From: an uncultured Candidatus Saccharibacteria bacterium
GTDB taxonomy: Bacteria; Patescibacteriota; UBA1384; DTJR01
Assembly (NCBI GenBank): GCA_964487045.1
Contig: CAZAOT010000003.1
Coordinates: 136,983 to 200,982, forward strand
Direction: 5' to 3'
DNA length: 64,000 nucleotides
Below are positions 59,955 through 64,000 of the stretch, in pieces. Below the pieces are notes generated by a model. It ran no database searches, was not told the DNA's origin, and was given only the letters and a program-made list of their open reading frames with translations. How positions within the stretch are numbered: position 1 is the first letter of the stretch; every line of letters begins with the position of its first letter. The position numbers were made by a program, and so were the translations under genes.

Positions 59955-61663
59955 ATGTTGATTGGGGAGCCAGAGTCTAGTGTCGGGCGATTAGTCGAAT
60001 CAGCGAGGGAAGGCAATAGATTAGCCTTTAATCAGCTGATGTCGAACTTTCATGACTGTCTCTACAACTATATTGCAAGGATGGTTCATGACCCGATCGA
60101 AGCTGAAGACATTACGCAGGAGGCTTTCATCAAGGCTTACCGCAATCTTCCCGGCTTTAGGGGGGCGTCAACTTTTCAGACCTGGCTTTATCGTATTGCC
60201 AGTAATCTGATAATCGATTCGTTCAGGCGCCGAAAGAAAAGAGAAAACACCTGTTCTCTCGATGCTCCGCTCGACACCGAAGAAGGAAGTATGGCGCGTG
60301 AGCAGGAAGACTCTCATGAACCAGGGCCGCAGCGAAGTCTAGAAGTAGACGAGCTGCGACGGCAGGTGCATAAAGCGATAAGGCAGCTCAGTCAAAGCTT
60401 AGGAGGGTGATGATACTTTACGAGCTGCAAGGGCTGTCTTACGAGGAGATTGCCGATGTTGTCGGTTGTCCCCTTGGTACGGTTAAGAGTCGTATATTCA
60501 ACGCTCGTGTTTCACTTCGCATTGTTCTTGAAGCAACACAGGCAAGAAGGGAGGAAGATGACTTGGCGCTACGACCAGTTGCAGGAAAGGCCGTTGATCA
60601 CGAGGCGAAGTTTTCAAGCTTTGCCAAGCAAGTCAAGGACCACATTGGTACCCTGGCAGCAGATCGTGGTTATGTCGGCCTAGACATCAATGCTTTGTGG
60701 CAACAAACATGTCGGCATATCGTTGCTGGACTGGATGCTGCTACGAGGCTGACACCTGTGCAAACATTGTCATTGCTCAAACTAGCCGCGACCCACGTCG
60801 TAGATATTGAAGGAGAGAAAGCCAAGCTACTTGGCGACATTTCTTTGGGTCAAGACGAGTCTGTAGTCGTAAGCGGTAGTGGGTCGTTTGACGACCAAGT
60901 TATCCAGCTACCGAACGCCCAGGCTCTGCTAGATGCGTTGCCAGCGGATGTTGGGCCAGCGTATGGGCTTAGGGTTTGGTGCGGTCTTAGTCACAAAAAG
61001 ATCGCCACAACCCTTGGTATTGAGCCTAACACTGTTCGAAGTAAGCTTTCCAAGGCACGCGAACTTTTGATCGAAGCGCTTAGCAAGGAGGCAGATCAAC
61101 TAGGCGCGGCAGTCCATGCTACGCTCGAGGCAGGAGGTGAAGGGTTGAGTAAGGTCAAGGGCGCCGAAGTGGGTAGCGAAGAAGCAGTCGCGTTCATCGC
61201 TGACAAGATCGGGCTGGCTGATCATCAGCTCGAGGTCGCCGAGGTCTGGGACTCGCTCGTGAAGATCGTCCCTGAACCGGCACCGCAACCCGCGGCTGCT
61301 CCGCCTGTCGCAGCCCCGGCCGTTCCCGCTACACCGCCTGCACCTGTCGCTCCGGCGACCATGCCGGTTCTTCCGACTCAGGCTGTTGCGGCTGCGCATC
61401 TGGGTCGGCAGATGACTGAGCTGGAGCTCGCTGTTGGCTTCGTCATCGTGCAGTCTGCGCTGGTGAAGGATGACGATGTGATCTTCCGCTTCCTGCGCAC
61501 ACGCCAGGATGTCCTGGCTGATCTGGTGCAGTTTGCCAACGATCAGTTCGGGGATCAGCCTGCTTCCGAGGCGCAGATCGAAAACCTGATCGCGGAGGTT
61601 GGCAAGTTCGTGCGTCACGTTATACCTGGTCAGCCTGTGGCTGACCAAGCCGAATCCGCCTAG
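59955..61663 (+). pseudogene. ECF-type sigma factor disrupted by a frameshift (region 2 in 59955-60410, region 4 at the start of 60407-61663), with a long C-terminal extension containing a second region-4-like HTH
   Basis: ORF1 has the ECF sigma70_r2 sequence ...DITQEAFIKAYRNL...TWLYRIASN. ORF2 begins MILYELQGLSYEEIADVVGCPLGTVKSRI (region 4.2) in a different frame. A second LPxxxxxxLxxxxGLSHKKIATTLGIEPNTVRSKLSKAR lies about 170 aa later. The segment is about 60% GC. Confidence 0.55.
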
Positions 61664-61760
61664 CGCTTCGCGCTAGATCGGCTCTACGGGGCCCTGTCAG
61701 ACGACAGGGTCCCGTTTTCTTTATCTTGAGAATTCAGGCCTAAAGGATTAGAATAGTCAC

Positions 61761-62246
61761 ATGGAAAATTTTTTAGATTTAGTTAAGAAAAGGCATTCGG
61801 TTAGAGTTTTTGACGCAAAACAAATTCCTCAAGATGATATCAAATATATTCTTGAGGCGGCTCAGTTTGCGCCAAGTGCATTTAACGCGCAGAATTTTAA
61901 GTTTATCGTTACTACTGATCGCGGAAAAATTAAAAAAATTGCCGAAGCGACAGAGATGGTCTTTATCGCTAATGCTCCGGCGGTAGTAATTGCGATCGGC
62001 ACTGACGAGGACAATAAATATAATATTGTTGATGTTTCGATTGCGCTTGACCACCTACAGCTTGCGGCAGCAGAGAAAGAAATTGGGTCATGTTGGATCG
62101 GTACGCTTGGGCATTGGCATGTCGAAGAGGCGCTGAATATTTCAGAATTTGAAAAAGTTTATGCTGTCATGCCACTTGGCTACGACGCTGGAAAATTGAT
62201 GCCTAAGAAGCGCAAAGAATTCGACGAACTTTTTGTTATTGAATAA
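61761..62246 (+). CDS. nitroreductase-family protein
   Basis: 161 aa. KRHSVRVF and FAPSAFNAQ motifs fit the NADH/FMN nitroreductase fold. The gene is AT-rich. Confidence 0.75.
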   Translation: MENFLDLVKKRHSVRVFDAKQIPQDDIKYILEAAQFAPSAFNAQNFKFIVTTDRGKIKKIAEATEMVFIANAPAVVIAIGTDEDNKYNIVDVSIALDHLQLAAAEKEIGSCWIGTLGHWHVEEALNISEFEKVYAVMPLGYDAGKLMPKKRKEFDELFVIE

Positions 62247-62263
62247 AATTCCAAGGAGGGGCA

Positions 62264-62710
62264 ATGGCTTGTGAATGTGGGGTAAATCAAGTGAATGCTA
62301 AAGTGGGTAGAGTCAATGCACTCTGGACTTTGGCCTTAGCGCTCGCAATTTGGTACACGCCTTACTGGTGGTTGTGCTTCGTGCTTTTGGCTGACTTTTT
62401 TATCAAAGGAGCTTTTCATCCAAAATACTCGCCGTTTAGTCGGCTTTGGGGGTATCTACTTAATCTGATTCATGAAAAACCAAGATTAATTTTCGCTCCG
62501 CCAAAATTATTTGCTAACAAAGTCGGCCTAGCATTTTCGATTGCGATTACGGTCAGTCTAGTCGGAGGATATTATACGGCTGCGGAAATATTTACAATAA
62601 TCCTCGGAATTTTCGCATTTCTAGAATTTGCTTTTGAGTTTTGCATGGGATGCTGGGTGTATAATTTGTACTATCAAATTGTAGGTTCTCCGAAAATAAA
62701 AAAAGACTAA
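62264..62710 (+). CDS. small polytopic membrane protein (DUF4395-like)
   Basis: 148 aa with four hydrophobic helices and N-terminal Cys residues. Confidence 0.4.
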   Translation: MACECGVNQVNAKVGRVNALWTLALALAIWYTPYWWLCFVLLADFFIKGAFHPKYSPFSRLWGYLLNLIHEKPRLIFAPPKLFANKVGLAFSIAITVSLVGGYYTAAEIFTIILGIFAFLEFAFEFCMGCWVYNLYYQIVGSPKIKKD

Positions 62711-62904
62711 GCAATTACAAATTTTTCAGCGAAGTATAATTCGTTCGTCATTTATGTTTCTCAGACACACTAGCTCCGTTCGGCAATGGTCTTCAAAACA
62801 TAGAATGGCTCACTTGTGAATATGTACGTGAAGTCTCGAAAAATTACTCAGTAAGCAATTTTATTGTACAAATTATAATTTTAAAAAAAGGGGGGAAGAG
62901 GAAA

Positions 62905-62930
62905 GGCCCCGAGTCGGTTGACGCGGGGCC
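62905..62930 (-). terminator. hairpin GGCCCCG...CGGGGCC with a minus-strand U-tract
   Basis: The stem is followed on the minus strand by TTTCCTCTTCCCCCCTTTTTTT. It lies downstream of the GC-rich minus-strand gene. Confidence 0.55.
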
Positions 62931-62949
62931 TTGTTGTAGCGGGGGAGGT

Positions 62950-63894
62950 CTAGGCGGCGGGATCTACGAGGATCGGAGTCATCAACCGGGTGTTCATGTT
63001 GACGATTCCTGATAGAATTTCCAGCCTATCCAGCATCTCTTGCGGGAAGTGCTGCTTGATGAGGGTGTAGCTGAACTCCCTTAGCTGCCAGGTCTTCTCG
63101 ATGGCTAGCTGCTTTTCATATCCAGCTTCGTCCCAATACACCGCAGAGGTATGCAGAACCATCCCGCCATACTCGGCGATCTCGCCGGACTTCCAGTTCT
63201 TCCACACGATGTCGGCGGCAGTCAGGATCTGGGAAGCCAGGTCCAGGTCGAATGGTCCCACGATCATGGCGGTATTGAGGCGCTCGAGCCAATCGAGCCC
63301 CTGTCCGATGGCGATGATGTACTCTCCGTGCCTGTTGTCGGTGATCTCGCGACGTGTCTCCTCGATGTAACGGATGTGTTCGAGATTACCAGTGAGCATT
63401 GGGAGTATATCGCGAGCGACCCGGTCAGTCATGTCCGGGTGGAAGAGTCGCAGAGTGTGGATCAGCTCGGCGGGTTCGACAGAGGTTACTTCGCCAAGGT
63501 CCAGGATCTGGTCTTCGCGCTTGCCGTGAATGATCAGGCGGTCGGTGTTGGTTTCGATACCTGTCATGACCGGCAGGAGCACCTGACTACCGAAAGTCCG
63601 CTCGATCTGCTGTTCAAGGTCACGAATGTGATCGCGAGCGGCTTCGACGTTGTAACCGAACCCGCGACAGCCGTGCCACTCTCCGTCGTGGATCTCGTCC
63701 TCAGGTGGTGGTGGATCGGTCTCAGAGTAGTGGTATGTCAGGAGAGCCAGACAGTCAAAACCATCATCGAAGTAGTTACGCCTGACCCAGTCGCCGACCA
63801 CCTTGTGAAGATATGGCCACCCGAGGTTGAACCTCCCGCCGATGTTGCGAAACGGCTGAAAGTATCCCTTGGGTAGGCGGGTGAAGTCATGCAT
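62950..63894 (-). CDS. hypothetical protein in a GC-rich island (possibly N-terminally truncated by the window)
   Basis: 314-aa ORF at about 60% GC with its own terminator and no recognisable domain. The reading frame may continue upstream beyond the window end. Confidence 0.5.
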   Translation of the reverse strand: MHDFTRLPKGYFQPFRNIGGRFNLGWPYLHKVVGDWVRRNYFDDGFDCLALLTYHYSETDPPPPEDEIHDGEWHGCRGFGYNVEAARDHIRDLEQQIERTFGSQVLLPVMTGIETNTDRLIIHGKREDQILDLGEVTSVEPAELIHTLRLFHPDMTDRVARDILPMLTGNLEHIRYIEETRREITDNRHGEYIIAIGQGLDWLERLNTAMIVGPFDLDLASQILTAADIVWKNWKSGEIAEYGGMVLHTSAVYWDEAGYEKQLAIEKTWQLREFSYTLIKQHFPQEMLDRLEILSGIVNMNTRLMTPILVDPAA

Positions 63895-64000
63895 CCGGAT
63901 GCGTCCATCGCTACACTTGAACGCACAGGTCCGAGTTGGGTGATGCTTGCGATAGCGACGGCGAGGGCCCGATTCGTTGGGAGAACAGAAGAGAGCGGAT

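Overview
This is a 64-kb window of AT-rich (about 35% GC), very gene-dense bacterial DNA that uses the standard genetic code. Gene content and architecture look like a small-genome (possibly CPR/Patescibacteria-like) bacterium, but that is an inference. The housekeeping backbone includes the complete F1Fo ATP synthase operon (atpIBEFHAGDC, minus strand), rsmI, tatD, iscS/iscU, folD, ctpA, lemA, htpX, ligA, gatCAB, htrA, prmC-prfA, rpmE, rpsB-tsf-pyrH-frr, rseP, tpiA-pgk-fba, tig, clpP and an M29 aminopeptidase. There is also a probable RNase P RNA and a tRNA-Leu(TAG).

The accessory content is more interesting:
- A roughly 3.1-kb integrated element lies beside tRNA-Leu (2472-5659). It encodes a large serine recombinase and an FAD-dependent oxidoreductase cargo gene. 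It is bounded by an 18-bp direct repeat of the tRNA 3' end and contains two pairs of perfect 88-bp and 93-bp inverted repeats that meet at a shared CCACCA core.
- An 8.8-kb array of five tightly packed paralogous genes (31214-40001) encodes about 565-580-aa, extremely Cys-rich multi-zinc-ribbon proteins of a family I do not recognise. Two small membrane proteins sit within and just after the array.
- A conserved structured leader RNA motif of about 55-130 nt occurs three times, immediately upstream of tsf, frr and tig.
- A large PA14-domain surface protein is followed by three membrane-anchored proteins in an apparent operon.
- Several high-GC islands (about 58-62% GC) interrupt the AT-rich backbone. 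One contains a frameshifted ECF sigma factor. They suggest horizontal acquisition from a high-GC donor, or a chimeric assembly.
- A promoter-plus-terminator-bounded candidate small RNA lies upstream of clpP.

No CRISPR arrays or rRNA genes were seen.
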